This document shows, one piece after another, positions 39,831 through 53,959 of a DNA stretch of 64,000 nt. Under the pieces are notes generated by a model, which was not told where the DNA came from, did not search any database, and saw nothing but the letters and a program-made list of their open reading frames with translations. The stretch comes from the human T2T-CHM13v2.0 reference genome, Homo sapiens, in NCBI RefSeq assembly GCF_009914755.1, contig NC_060944.1, one strand, 5' to 3'. Positions within the stretch are counted from its first letter, which is position 1, and the number at the start of each line of letters is the position of its first letter. Position numbers and translations under genes: made by a program.

Positions 39831-41141
39831 GAAATAGGTGAGAACTGGAAAAAAAAAATAACAAAGTCATTTGACTTAAAAAAATGCATTCTGTTTACTT
39901 TAAAACAGCAGGCTAGGAAAAACAAACAAACAAACAAACAAACAAACTTGAATGCTGGCTTATCCAGAAATACCACCTTGGCTTTCTTGCCCCGGACTTT
40001 TGTGCTATGAAATTTCACCAGCAACTGGTCCCTGGGAGTCTCCCTCAGACCTGGATGTCCAATGATGTGAACAGAAAGCAGAGATCACACAGGTTGACCC
40101 ATGGCTCTGGTTTCACAAGGTCTATCCTGATTTTAAATGCTCAGGGATAGTTTTTAAAGCTAACTGATTTGTTTATGTGGTCCTGGTATCTTTCCCTGAG
40201 AGGCACTATGGCTATTTAGCGTTTTGAGAATCTCAAGTTCAGATGAGACCTATAAACAGAACTGCTGATCCCCCAGGCAGCAGGAAGTGAGGAGGACAGG
40301 GAAGCTCAGGGCCCCGCACAACTAATGTCCTGGGGCCCAAGTGCTGCATGAAGGGTTTTTGCCTCTAGGTTTTGAAAGTGTGTTTTGGTCTTCCAGTGTT
40401 CCTTAAGAAAATGCCCCTCTTCTGGAATAAGAAGAAATCCTAACGCAATGAGGCCCTACAAGTCAGTTTGACAGTGACTGGGAGCAGACTCTTTTGACAA
40501 ACAGAAGGCTGGGTAACAGGGGGCGAACTATAAGGTGTCACTGTCTCCTCTGGTCTCCCAGCCCCATTTATCTGCACCTGTCCTGCCCCCATTTGTGTAG
40601 CTCTTCCTTCACAAAGACTTAGTCTGCTACTTAGGGGGAGCATGGCTCAGCTTGTTATCTCCATAGGGCACTGTGCATGGAGCTTCCCCAGCACACACAC
40701 ACACACACTAAAGCCATTACTTCTTCTGCGATGGATGTCAAAATCTCCAACCCGGTCTTCACAATAATCAGTCAAACTAAAACTCATGAGTTCAGCATTA
40801 TCCAGACATATAAAGCATCTGAATATTTGCCTGGACTCTACTTGCTTTTAATTTCTTCTTTAAAAAATCTTTCCGAGCCCTGCATATTGCATTCAGCCAG
40901 CCCTACCACCTTAGAAAAGTGAGCCCAAGAAACGTGTGCATTGAAAAGATGATGTTGTTAATCTCCAAAAGAGATGAGAATGATTTCATACTGGATGAGA
41001 CGTTTAGAAATGAATATTTGAATGAGAGCCACAAACTGAGACCCTTCATGACTACAGTGAATTTGGATATCTCGCAGAGGAGATAATGCCAAACCATACA
41101 CCGGACACACAGCTGGGATTCGCCAGATGCCCCAGGAAGGG

Positions 41142-41147
41142 TTTATT
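41142..41147 (-). terminator. Candidate distal poly(A) signal, THBD
   Basis: AATAAA on the minus strand; would give a ~4.0-kb transcript. Confidence 0.55.
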
Positions 41148-41492
41148 TAATTCATTCCAACAAATGATCCTATAATGCATTTATGCATTTAAAAGCACAG
41201 AGACACAAGTCCTCATATATGAAGTTGTTATGGTTACAGAAAGAAAATAAATATTTGTGCACACAGAGATAGCATGAAATCATTCTACAGTGAAAATAAT
41301 AGCCTCTGGAAAAAGCTTTGAAAATCAGAGATGGTGCCATCACCAGACAACACAAGTGCTGGGGTACAGGGCAGCCCTCCATGCATCTCATAGCATTTGC
41401 ATGGTTTGTGAGCCCCATTTAATGACATAAAATGAGGGCACTGAGGGAGGAAAAGTGAACAGACACACAACCCGAGAGCACATTGTTATTTG

Positions 41493-41498
41493 TTTATT
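41493..41498 (-). terminator. Candidate main poly(A) signal, THBD
   Basis: Minus-strand AATAAA ('TGTACAAAATAAACAAATAAC') with upstream UGUA; would give ~3.7 kb, the classic THBD mRNA size. Confidence 0.65.
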
Positions 41499-41551
41499 TT
41501 GTACAAGTGATGTCATAAGCAAGGATTTTGCCTGTGTTCTAGATTATCTCC

Positions 41552-41564
41552 AATAAATAAATAA
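41552..41564 (-). promoter_or_regulatory. AU-rich element in THBD 3'UTR
   Basis: The mRNA reads UUAUUUAUUUAUU (overlapping AUUUA nonamers). Confidence 0.7.
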
Positions 41565-41869
41565 CTATGTACAAATATTTTGAGTTTACAAAATAGAAGA
41601 GGAAAACCTTTGTCTTACAAAAGTTACATTTCTATGATACATTTATTTCCATACACTGAAGCAGGATTTCATTCCTAGCTTAGCTGAACCAAAGACCTTG
41701 CAGACCCTGTGTGGCAGTGTCTAGAGCTGTGTACCTAGCCTTTTCTACCAAAGAGCAAAGCTACACAAAGAAAATTCCTCAGTTTCTTGAAAATAAGGGC
41801 CTGACTTGGCCTGCTACTTATAACTGATCTATATTTCATGTATTCCAGAAAATTGGAAGCAGTCTGGAA

Positions 41870-42030
41870 TGGTTGTCCTCAAATTACTGAGCAGACACAC
41901 CCCCTGCAGATCTTGTTAAATATAGATTCTCATGAACTGGATGGGGTGGAGCCTAGGATTCTGCATTTCTAACCAGCTCCCATGGGCAGGGCAGCTTCCA
42001 ATTCTTGTTCAGGGGCCACATTCCAAAAGG
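41870..42030. mobile_element. MER5-like fragment in THBD 3'UTR
   Basis: 'cttgttaaatatagattct...ggggtggagcctaggattctgcatttctaaccagctccc'. Confidence 0.6.
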
Positions 42031-43053
42031 CCTCTCTGAAATGGTAGAAATTCTCTGAGGACCTGATTAAGGCTAGGCCCTAATTGGGCATCCTCCAGGA
42101 TCCATTCCCAAGCTCCCAATTCCACAAGACCAGTAGAGCTGGTTTTATTTTGGTCTACCAGTGACAAGGAACAGTGACAGTCAATTGCTAATTGGCATGA
42201 ATCATGCAGTTTGAAGCTTTCTTGAACTGTCTCCTGGGAGGTGTTTGTCTCTTCTCGCAATCTAGAGCAACCTTCTGAACATTTTCAACACTGTCAAAAA
42301 TAAGTAATAATAACAAAAAAGGAAATTGCATAAGAAGATTAGCAACAATTACCATTTTTCAGTACAAATCAAAACAGCAACAAAATTCAGGCTCACTGTT
42401 TAAAAGTAAAGATAAATACCTCTTTGGGTGTAATTTCTATGACAGTCCAGCAACATCAATTTAATACCTTTTACATCTCAACCTTTGTTTAAAATTATTT
42501 TGCTCTGGGAATCTGAAATTTCAGGATAAATTAGCAAATCTGGTGAAAAAGCAAATGGCCATTTTTATTTTTAGTGTTTTTGTTTCTGTTTCATGTAGGG
42601 GTTCTGTCTGAGCAGACAGCTAAGAGCAAAAGAAGTAGGGTCAGGCACAGGTAGGGTGACTCAGGTGAGTTGGCCCAGTTCCTGGGAGGAGAAAACTAGG
42701 AAGAATGGGGAATAAGTGGGGCTTGCTTCATAAATGTGAGAGGGCTAGGAAAAAAAAATTCACCAAGATAGTTTACCTGTCACATGACAAGTGGGAGTTT
42801 GTAGAGAGAGAGAGACCGGAGAGCTGTGCAAAGTGGATACTGGAGACATACAGGTAAGAACAAAGGAAACAAACAAAAACCTAAATACTTAAAAAAAATA
42901 AATATTTTAGTCATCCCTAGCCCACGAGGTCAAGGTCTGCCCAGAAGGCTGCCGACCAATAACGCTCACCCTCCTGCGCCCGGTAGTGAGGACCTGGGAC
43001 AAATCGCAGTCTGTGTCTTCGTTACAAAATTGCCATCATTGCCCAGTGGTCCA

Positions 43054-43063
43054 GTGACGTCAC
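43054..43063. promoter_or_regulatory. Palindromic CRE (GTGACGTCAC) in THBD 3'UTR
   Basis: Perfect TGACGTCA at 43055-43062. Confidence 0.75.
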
Positions 43064-43257
43064 GGAAGAGGCCGAGGCTCATTCTCCTCCCTCTAATCAC
43101 CCCCTCGCCAGTTAGCCATGGAATAGAAGAAAACAGCTTGGGGGGTGCGGGGAGGGTCTTCTCCAGCTGTAATGCCAGCTAAGGTGCTTTGGTAGCAAAG
43201 CTGGGGGTGAGGAGGCACAGGCTCCTGGACGGAGCCAGGCTCCTGGACGGAGGCCGC

Positions 43258-44985
43258 TCAGAGTCTCTGCGGCGTCCGCTCGGTCCGCACGTGCTGCAGC
43301 ACTACCTCCTTGGAAGGGGCCGCGCACTTGTACTCCATCTTGGCCCTGGCGGCGCCCTGCTTCTTGCGCAGGTGGCAGAGGAGCGCCAAAAGCGCCACCA
43401 CCAGGCACAGGCTCGCGATGGAGATGCCTATGAGCAAGCCCGAATGCACGAGCCCCACGGCCGGAGGAGTCAAGGTGGAGCCGGGCGTCGGGCTGGGCGG
43501 GGGCTCGCCAGAGCCGCTGTCGCCACCGTCCACCTTGCCGGAGTCACAGTCGGTGCCAATGTGGCGGACAAGGGCCGAGTCGGGCCCGCAGATGCACTCG
43601 AAGGTACCGGGGAGGTTGTGGCACACCCCGGAGCAGAAGCCGCCGTTTTCGCACTCGTCGATGTCCGTGCAGATGAAACCGTCGTCCAGGATGTAGCCTT
43701 CAGGGCACTCACAGCTAGCCTGGGTGTTGGGGTCGCAGTCGGCTGGACAGGCAGTCTGGTTGCAAAACATCTGGCACCTGTGCGGCTCGTGGGGAATGGG
43801 CGCGAAGCCCTCGGCGCAGACGCAGAGGTAGCTAGTTTGGTTCAGGGGCTGGCACTGGTACTCGCAGTTGGCTCTGAAGCACGGGTCCACGGGCTCCACA
43901 CACTCGCCGTCCACCAGGTCGTAGTTAGGGTAGCAGTGGCACTCGAAGCCACCCTGTGTGTTGACACAGCGCTGCGGACACGGACTGGGCTCCAGTATGC
44001 AGTCATCCACGTCCTCGCACCGGTGTTGGTCGGCCGCCAGCCGGTAGCCGGTCTCGCACATGCACGAGTAGGAGCCCGGCTGGTCGGGGTTGGGAACGCA
44101 GAAGTGCTCGCAGAGGTCGTTGCAGGACTGCGTCGCGGATGCGGTGCAGGAGCGCCCGTCTGCCTGCAGGGCGGCGCCGGCTGGGCACTGGCAGCGGGGA
44201 GCCCCAGGGATCGCATTGCACGCGTGCTCGCAGCCGCCGTTCTCCACGCTGCAGTCCCAAGCGCCCGGCGCCTCCCTGGCCCAGTGCCCCTGGACCGCTC
44301 CGGGCGGCGCGGTGCACATTAGCTGTAAGCCGAGGGGAGCCACCGCGGCGGAGCTGCCCACCGGCAGCGCCTGGAAGTCCGCTCCGCGGGCCGCGAACGG
44401 GGTGCCGTAGGTGATCGAGACGGCGGCAGCCGCGGCGCCGGGCTCCACAGCCAGTGGCCTGCAGGTGGCTGGGAAGTGGAACTCGCAGAGGAAGCCATCG
44501 GCCTTCACTTCGCACTGCTGCTCCTCCCAGATCGGCTCGCTGGGCACAGTGGCCTCAGCAGCGGAGACAGCGACGCACAACGGGCCGCAGAGGGGAGCCC
44601 CATTGAGGTCGAGCCGTGCCCACCTGCTATAGCTGGTGTTGTTGTCTCCCGTAACCCACTGGAAGCCGCGCAGGGGCCCGAGGCGCTTGGGGTCGCCGCA
44701 GCCGGGTGGCAGCTGCAGGCCGATCCAGAGGCGCCGGCGGCCAACGCCGCCGTCGCCGTTCAGTAGCAAGGAAATGACATCGGCAGCCACCGAGGAGCGC
44801 ACTGTCATTAGGTGGCCCCGCAGTCCGTCGCAGATCTGACTGGCATTGAGGAAGGTCGCGGGGCCCGGGTAGAGCGCGAAGCAGTCGTGCTCGACGCACT
44901 GGCTGCCACCCGGCTGCGGCTCTGCGGGTGCGGGGAACCCCAGGCCGGCCAGGGCCAGCGCGCCAAGGACCAGGACCCCAAGCAT
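43258..44985 (-). CDS. THBD: Thrombomodulin (CD141), 575 aa, intronless
   Basis: Starts MLGVLVLGALALAG at ATG 44985 (the ORF track begins 56 codons upstream). Signal peptide, C-type lectin domain (WIGL), six EGF repeats, Ser/Thr-rich GDSGSG GAG site, TM helix, tail ending RTERTPQRL. Confidence 0.99.
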   Translation of the reverse strand: MLGVLVLGALALAGLGFPAPAEPQPGGSQCVEHDCFALYPGPATFLNASQICDGLRGHLMTVRSSVAADVISLLLNGDGGVGRRRLWIGLQLPPGCGDPKRLGPLRGFQWVTGDNNTSYSRWARLDLNGAPLCGPLCVAVSAAEATVPSEPIWEEQQCEVKADGFLCEFHFPATCRPLAVEPGAAAAAVSITYGTPFAARGADFQALPVGSSAAVAPLGLQLMCTAPPGAVQGHWAREAPGAWDCSVENGGCEHACNAIPGAPRCQCPAGAALQADGRSCTASATQSCNDLCEHFCVPNPDQPGSYSCMCETGYRLAADQHRCEDVDDCILEPSPCPQRCVNTQGGFECHCYPNYDLVDGECVEPVDPCFRANCEYQCQPLNQTSYLCVCAEGFAPIPHEPHRCQMFCNQTACPADCDPNTQASCECPEGYILDDGFICTDIDECENGGFCSGVCHNLPGTFECICGPDSALVRHIGTDCDSGKVDGGDSGSGEPPPSPTPGSTLTPPAVGLVHSGLLIGISIASLCLVVALLALLCHLRKKQGAARAKMEYKCAAPSKEVVLQHVRTERTPQRL

Positions 44986-45149
44986 GTTACCCAGGCGCGC
45001 CGCGTGCAGGCGCCGGGGAAAGCGCGGGCACTGCGACAGGGCCGTGCCGGAGCAGAGGGGCACAGGACGCCGATGGCGACAGCCTCTCCTGTCCGTCCCA
45101 GCCCAGACACTTCTTGCCGCTGCGCGCAGCCCCTGCGAGGCAGCCTCTG

Positions 45150-45400
45150 ACATGCGGATCGGCCAGGGCTCGAGTTTATAAGTGCCCGGCCCTCCCTCCC
45201 TGGACGTTCGGGAAAAGGAAGGAAGTGCCTGGTGGGAAGGGCTGATGCCGCATACTCGGATTGCTGGGTTCTCTGGCCGCCCTTGCGCCCGCCCTCGCGC
45301 ATGGGATCACCTCGCCGGGATGAGTAAACCCTGCCCTGGCGCAGGGAGGTTCTCGGGCGGGGCCGACAGGGGCAGGCGCCAGGGAAGGCCAGCACCCCTG
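45150..45400 (-). promoter_or_regulatory. THBD core/proximal promoter
   Basis: TATAAA 45175-45180 (minus); GGAA cluster (ETS/HSE-like) 45206-45227; CAAT-like GCAATC 45259-45264; GC boxes near 45277-45293 and 45355-45363. Confidence 0.9.
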
Positions 45401-46671
45401 TAACAAGACGACTGTCCCCGCCCACCACTCGGGCCCCCACGCGTGCAGCCCTCTTTCATCTCTTGGTCCTCCTTTCTTTCTTTTCATACATGTTACAGCC
45501 ACTTCCAAGGAAAGCCTGGATTGCAAGAGCTCTGGGAACCGGAGACTTCAGAGAAGAGGGCTTTGAATGGGGAGTGGGGGAGGTGGTGCACAGGACCTGC
45601 AAGACGCTGGGAGGGGTGATCGGCACCAAGGGCACTTTGGGAGGACCTGCCTAGGACGTGGACTTCCCCGAAGACAGGATCGCAAGGAGAGACAGCTGGA
45701 TCCTGTCCGCGGCCAAGGTGCCTGGCTCAGGAAACCAGCGGAGCGCGCTTGGCCTCACAGGACAGTGGGTGTGGCTGGGGTGACGGGGCAGGGTGGGGAA
45801 GACTGGCCTAACACCAGCGCCCTCTGCCCCATGGCTGGCCAGGGACCCGCGAGTCCCTGGACACGCACTGGCCAACGCCAGACCCCATCTCATCGGGTGG
45901 GGAAGTCGCGGGGACACTGTCAGGGCGCCGAAGTCCGGACCCGGCTCAGAGGCGGTGGCAGGTGAATTGCTGCGGCGCCGGGTAGGGGCGGGCGCGTGGG
46001 AGCGAGTCAGCCTGGCCAGTTTCGGCCCAGCTTCCGAAGGATGGTGCTTCTTGCACCCCAACAGAGTGGCTGGCAACCCCCCAGGGGAGCGCGCAGGATC
46101 CCAGCTGATCCCACCCGGGTCGGCTAAGGAGGTTTCCATTTCGTCCAGAGTCCGAATTGATACCCACGTGCATAGAAACGCCACTTGCTCGGCAAAGGGC
46201 ACTGAAGAGCCACCGTCCTGTGGATGGGCAGGGTGGGGGGGGGGCTGGAGGAGGACATGGGAATCCGTCACTTTCGACCTCTTCCGGTGGTTCACTTACC
46301 GGGAATGCGGAAGAGTGGGTCTCCCCCTCGGGTCGCCCCCATAATGGTGAGAGGCAAACTGTTTAAAAACACCCTTGCCTCTCTCCTCTACTGTCCTCAC
46401 AACGAGCGCCAGGGGGCGGCGCTGTCGAGCTCTAAACAAAGCCAAGGAAGTTGGAGAAGTTTCGGGCTAAAAAGGGTTAAGGTGTAGGAGCACAGAGTCC
46501 TCCTTCTGGGGTTGGAAGCTCCGTTCCCGGGCAGCTCAGCGTGGATTCCGCTGCGTTCACCTCTTGCCTCCAGGGCCCAGTAGATCCTGGGCTTTAAACA
46601 AGAACAGAGAGTATGGCGTCTGCCACGTGCGACAGACACGCACCGGTGGGGTGGGCCGGGCTGGACTGGAC

Positions 46672-46687
46672 TGACCTGCAGTGACCA
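46672..46687 (-). promoter_or_regulatory. DR4 nuclear-receptor (retinoic acid response) element of THBD
   Basis: Minus strand TGGTCA-ctgc-AGGTCA ~1.53 kb upstream of the TSS, matching my recollection of the described THBD DR4 RARE. Confidence 0.8.
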
Positions 46688-49600
46688 AACGGGTGGGGCG
46701 TGGACACTCTGAAAGTGAAAAAGGCAAGCACGACTGTCCCGCCGCACACTCCCCAGCGCCTTGGGGCAGAGAGCCTCCAAACGTCCCGCTGAGTTGAGCT
46801 CTTCGCTGGGAAGGCCGCCCCAGCACCCAGGAAACGAAGGAGCTGCTGGACACGGGGGTCTGAAGCTCCCGGAATGCACACAGCTGCGCCTCCCCTGACG
46901 CGGACCCCCTGGGAAGAGGAAGGGAAGAGCGGCAGATAGCACAGTAGGGCTTGTCCGGCGGGAGCAGTCAAGCTGTGGCTGCCTAGGCTGAATCAGGGGG
47001 TCGTGACTCCGGTGCACAGCCTGCCTACGCGGGACGCAAAAGCAGGGCTGCCTGCGGTGCCGCCATGGGGGTGAGGGTGGAGCTTCAGATAAGGGCAGGA
47101 ACCTCGTTGGGGCACTGCTGAAAGGTCTCAGAATGTGGGGACAATTCCCAGAGTGAATGAGACAAGAGAGGGGGACAGGATCGGTTACAGAATCAGAAAC
47201 CAGTGCAAAGTGAAAATGTGGGGTCCATTGTTCAATTACAAGGATTCAAGACTGTGATAGCAAAGTGTTAAACAAGGAATGAGGCCCTGGGGGGGTGATG
47301 AGAGGGCCCTTCTGAACCTGCCAGCCCTAAAAGCCACTGAGGGACATTCAAGGATCAGATCTCACCCCACACCAGGCTGGCTGAGTTCTTGGATGGATTC
47401 TAGCTGATTCACCAACACAATGTTTCACTGGACGTCCTACACAGGTCCACTTGCACCCATTGCTGATTCTTGCAAAGAAAAAAAAAGTGTGAGAACAGCC
47501 CCAATAGCTGAGTCCACTAAGAACTCAGTGATGTCTGTGAAACTTGGATCAACCCTATATGAGGAGGTGCAGATGTTGGATGTTTCTGTATTAGAAAGAA
47601 ACTAGAGCAACAACAGATAGAAGCAGAGCATTGTCCCATGGGGGGTACCACAGTGTCTGGGTTGCCCTACACAAGGATGGGTGGACATGACCCACTTGGC
47701 TTTCCCACCTGTAAGGGCTTTACCCATGGCCCTCAGGATACCTTTGCCTTGTGGGGCCTGCCCTCAGCCGCTTTGTTTTTCCTCTCCAGCCAATACCTTG
47801 GAGGCTTTGCATATTTTAGACTACCTTCTGGTGACTGAAGGTCCCCTGTCTGTGTTCTTGCCCCATCCCTATCTTCCTATCTGTGCCCCCTGCACACCAG
47901 GGTGGGCCACTCCTTCCTATCCCTTTGCAGATAACACATCCACTTCCCAATGCTTGGCCCAGTTCCTGGCCCAGCGCCCTCACTCTGGCCCACCAGCAGA
48001 CTTGCTTTACTCCTGAAACAGCTCCCTTGAAGAACACCCATCTGGTCCTAAATACTGTTGCCAAAATCTTGTTTTCAGCCATCCTTCTAGAAGCCTTGGT
48101 GCCATTTGCACTTGTGACCCTTCACCATTCTCAAGGCTCCTCCTCCAATTACTTTTGAGACACATGTTTTCCTCCCTTCCTCTCCTGTGAGCCTTGGGGA
48201 GGCCCCTGGGATCCTCTTGTACCACCCACTAGAGTGGCCATTCTCAAGGTTTTGCTGGTGGTCTTCATCATCTCTTTACAACCCACCTTTTGGTGAACTT
48301 ACCCATTCCCCTGGCAGTGATAGCAGTGTCCAAGGAGATTGGGGAGGGAGTATTCTAGAAGGGACCCTTACCCCATCTTTCCCAGTATCAATAGTTGGTC
48401 CACTGAGGTTTTAAACCATGCACTTGCCTTTGACTTTCTGCTCTCCTTCATCCACTGCCTAGTTTTTGTGTCTTGTTTCCCCTGATCACTGCTCCTGCCT
48501 TCTCAATTTATGCTGAGACAGTTGGGTCCCCAGCTCTTTTCCTTGCTGCTTATCTCTCCAGCTCTCCACCGTGGCTGAGGCTACTCTGATCCTCATACTC
48601 CCTCAGTGCTGCTCCCACCCGCTGGGAGAGCCCATACTCTTTCCCCTCCGCACTGAAGATGCTCGCGATAGTGCCTCTACTCTGTGGCCACAGATGAGAA
48701 AATTTGCACTCAAGGGGCTATGCTGGAATTTGGACCCAGAGCCTGCACCCCTTGCACCTCACAAGGCTTCAAGGACCAGTGTTCTGCTGGTCTCCATGAA
48801 TGAGGAAACATCCTGGCAAGGGAGGCTCCTGCTCACTGTCAGAGAAGCACCTTGTCCGCTCATCTCCACCCTGTAGTTCATGTCTCTCCCTCTGCTAGCA
48901 ACATTCTCGTCTGCCAGGCTCTTCACCCACTGAAATCTTTCCATTCTTTCAAGTCCCAGTTCAAGCTTCCCCATCAGCAAGTTTTCTGAATAACCCAACC
49001 AGAACTGATCTGTCTGTGATTCCCATAGACAGGTCGTTCTCTCAGCTCTTTAGTACTCACCACTCCCTCCCTGCCCTGTACCTAATCATGCATATACCAC
49101 ACTTTTTGCTGCACTTAGACTCCAGATTCCCACACATTTTTGTATCCCCTTACACCTAACAGCACGCTTTGTAACTAGACAGTGCCCAGAGCTTATTGGA
49201 GCACCTGTGGTAGATGTTTCTTTGTCCTCTCCAGGGTGATTTTCTCACATTCACCTGCAAAGACAAGGATGGGGGACCTCAGAGCCTCAGGGTGAATTAA
49301 GAGTGTGGACTTTGGAGCCGACTTGGCTGCACTGGAGACCCAGCTCCGGCATTCACAAGTTTTTGTTTATTGTTAAGATTTGACTAATAACCCCTCCCCA
49401 TGTAGCTCAGTTTCCTTGACTGTGTAATGGGAATAGTCCCACCTTCAAAGTGTTAGGATGAAGATTAAATGGGTTATACATGTAAAGCATTTAGAACAGA
49501 GGAGCCGTAGTCAGCTCTCAATAAATTTTAGCAAAAAAGAAAACACTCAAGTCCCTAGAATTTGGATTCGGCATCTGATTGTATTCAATATCCAGCATGG

Positions 49601-49978
49601 TTTCTTTTCCATGGTAGGGACTCACCAAATGTCTGTTGGATTTAATTTGTTCCAGCCAAGCATTTCTACCACTAATAACAATAAGCAATTGTGAAAAAAA
49701 ATCAGGGATGGAGGCATAGGGAAGAAATTGAAGCATGTCCTGTCTTAGGCTTCCCATCTGCCCTAGAGACATCCATAGTGACTGTCCCCATTGCCCAGGT
49801 GTGGAAGCTGAAGGCCAGAGAGAATCAGTGACTCTCCAATGTCACACAGCTAGTAAGTGGTGAAACAAAGATTCACCGGCCTGTGGTAAGGATGAAAGAA
49901 TTACAATGTGGAGTATGTCTGAGCCCCCATTTTGCCACATACTGGCCGACTTGGCTAAGTTATTTCAATCTCTGGTGT

Positions 49979-50094
49979 TCTTTCCCAAAAACTGGAGATA
50001 TAATATCTAATATGTAGGATTAGTGTAAAATAAAACTCTTTCCCAAAAACTGGAGATATAATATCTAATATGTAGGATTAGTGTAAAATAAAAC
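49979..50094. repeat. Perfect 58-bp tandem duplication within a MIR-like fragment
   Basis: 49979-50036 is identical to 50037-50094. Confidence 0.97.
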
Positions 50095-50239
50095 AGAAAA
50101 TGTACATACAGTGACTATTACTTTTCTTGGAAGACAGCAGCTGTTTAACAAATATGGTTGTTATTACTGCTATATATAAAAAAAAAAGCTTTATCAAAGA
50201 CCCCTGTGGTCACTGGTAGCCATCCAGGAAGTCTTGCTT

Positions 50240-50562
50240 TTTATTTATTTATTGACTGATTGATTGACTTTTGAGACAGAGTCTCAAAATCGGTAGCCCA
50301 GACTAGAGTGCAGCAGTGTTATCATGGCTCACTGCAGCCTTGACCTCCCAGATCAAGTGATCCGCCTATCTCAGCCTCCAGAGTAGCTGGGACTACAGGT
50401 ATGTGCCATCACACCCAGCTGATTTTTTTCTTTTGTGTGTGTGTGCAGAAATGGGGTCTCACTATGTTGTCCAGGCTAGTCTGGAACTCCTGGGCTCAGA
50501 CAATCCTCCACCTCAGCCTCCAAAACTGCTGAGATCACATGCATGAGCCACTATGCCCAGCC
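50240..50562 (-). mobile_element. Alu (AluJ-like)
   Basis: Reverse Alu ending 'gagccactatgcccagcc'. Confidence 0.92.
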
Positions 50563-51039
50563 AAGCCCAGCTTTTTAGATGGGAGTTTCTGCTTGATGTC
50601 TGTGGAGGAGGCTGGACCAACTACCTGGGCAGTGAACAGACTTCAGCCATTTTTATTGAAAGCAAACATGTGTGAATGTTGTTAGAACACAGATGAAAAG
50701 GAGTCCACAGACAGAAGGGGGCCCCAGTGGCATTGTGCTGACCCCATACATACCTTAGCCATATTTATAATACACTAACAATACTAAAATGCACACATAA
50801 AAATTAAGTCTCTATGGCTATGAGCAATATATAAATTCAAGGATGGAAAAATAACTGTCTGTTAAGCAAATGTTATCTAATAACTGCAGCACGTTAGAGC
50901 AAAACAAGTATTTTCCAAAATTTTGCCTCTTACTCAGGCTTTCTTAAAGAAACAGGGTAAAAGTGGACAATTGTTTGTTGGTCTATTCTTTAGAATAGAC
51001 TTTATTGGTCTATTATTTGTAAAAGAAAATATGTCGCAT

Positions 51040-53470
<2,431 letters not shown>

Positions 53471-53959
53471 GAAGAACATATGTTCCCCCAGTGAATGAAG
53501 CATGAGAGCTTAAGTGATGAACTGCCAGTGGACCTCTGAGCCTTTTCCTGCAGCCGGGGGCTTATTGTATGAGGAAGGATAGAATACCTATAGCTGTCTA
53601 CCTTGACACAGAACTTTGGATCTATCATCTATTGGATTTCCATGGAGCCAAAGGAAGCTCGGGAATGCCCAGTGATCTATTCAGGGTCAGTCATCCAGGG
53701 TGGCCTACTTTGAGAGCAAAGAGAATTTTGTGTCTAGCAGATTCATGGGACACTACCTTGGTCTTCTCACTCAGGTGTCCTGATATATCCCCTCCTCTCA
53801 AGAGGTGTTTTCTGAGAAAAGTGGAGGACCACAGAAAATAGCAAGAGAGCCCCAGAGGCTGCCTGCTGGGCAATGTCTCTTTCTGGAACATGTATCTGGC
53901 TGGACCTGGTAATCTCTGCTCAGGCCAATAGGTGGTGAGCAAGAGATGAACAGGCATTT

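Larger units (their letters stand above)
42930..47060. promoter_or_regulatory. Large CpG island spanning the THBD CDS and promoter
   Basis: High GC and CpG density seen directly. Confidence 0.9.

Noticed and set aside
43189-44322. 377-aa plus-strand ORF and other overlapping ORFs in the THBD island
   Set aside because: Antisense or alternative-frame artefacts of high GC content.
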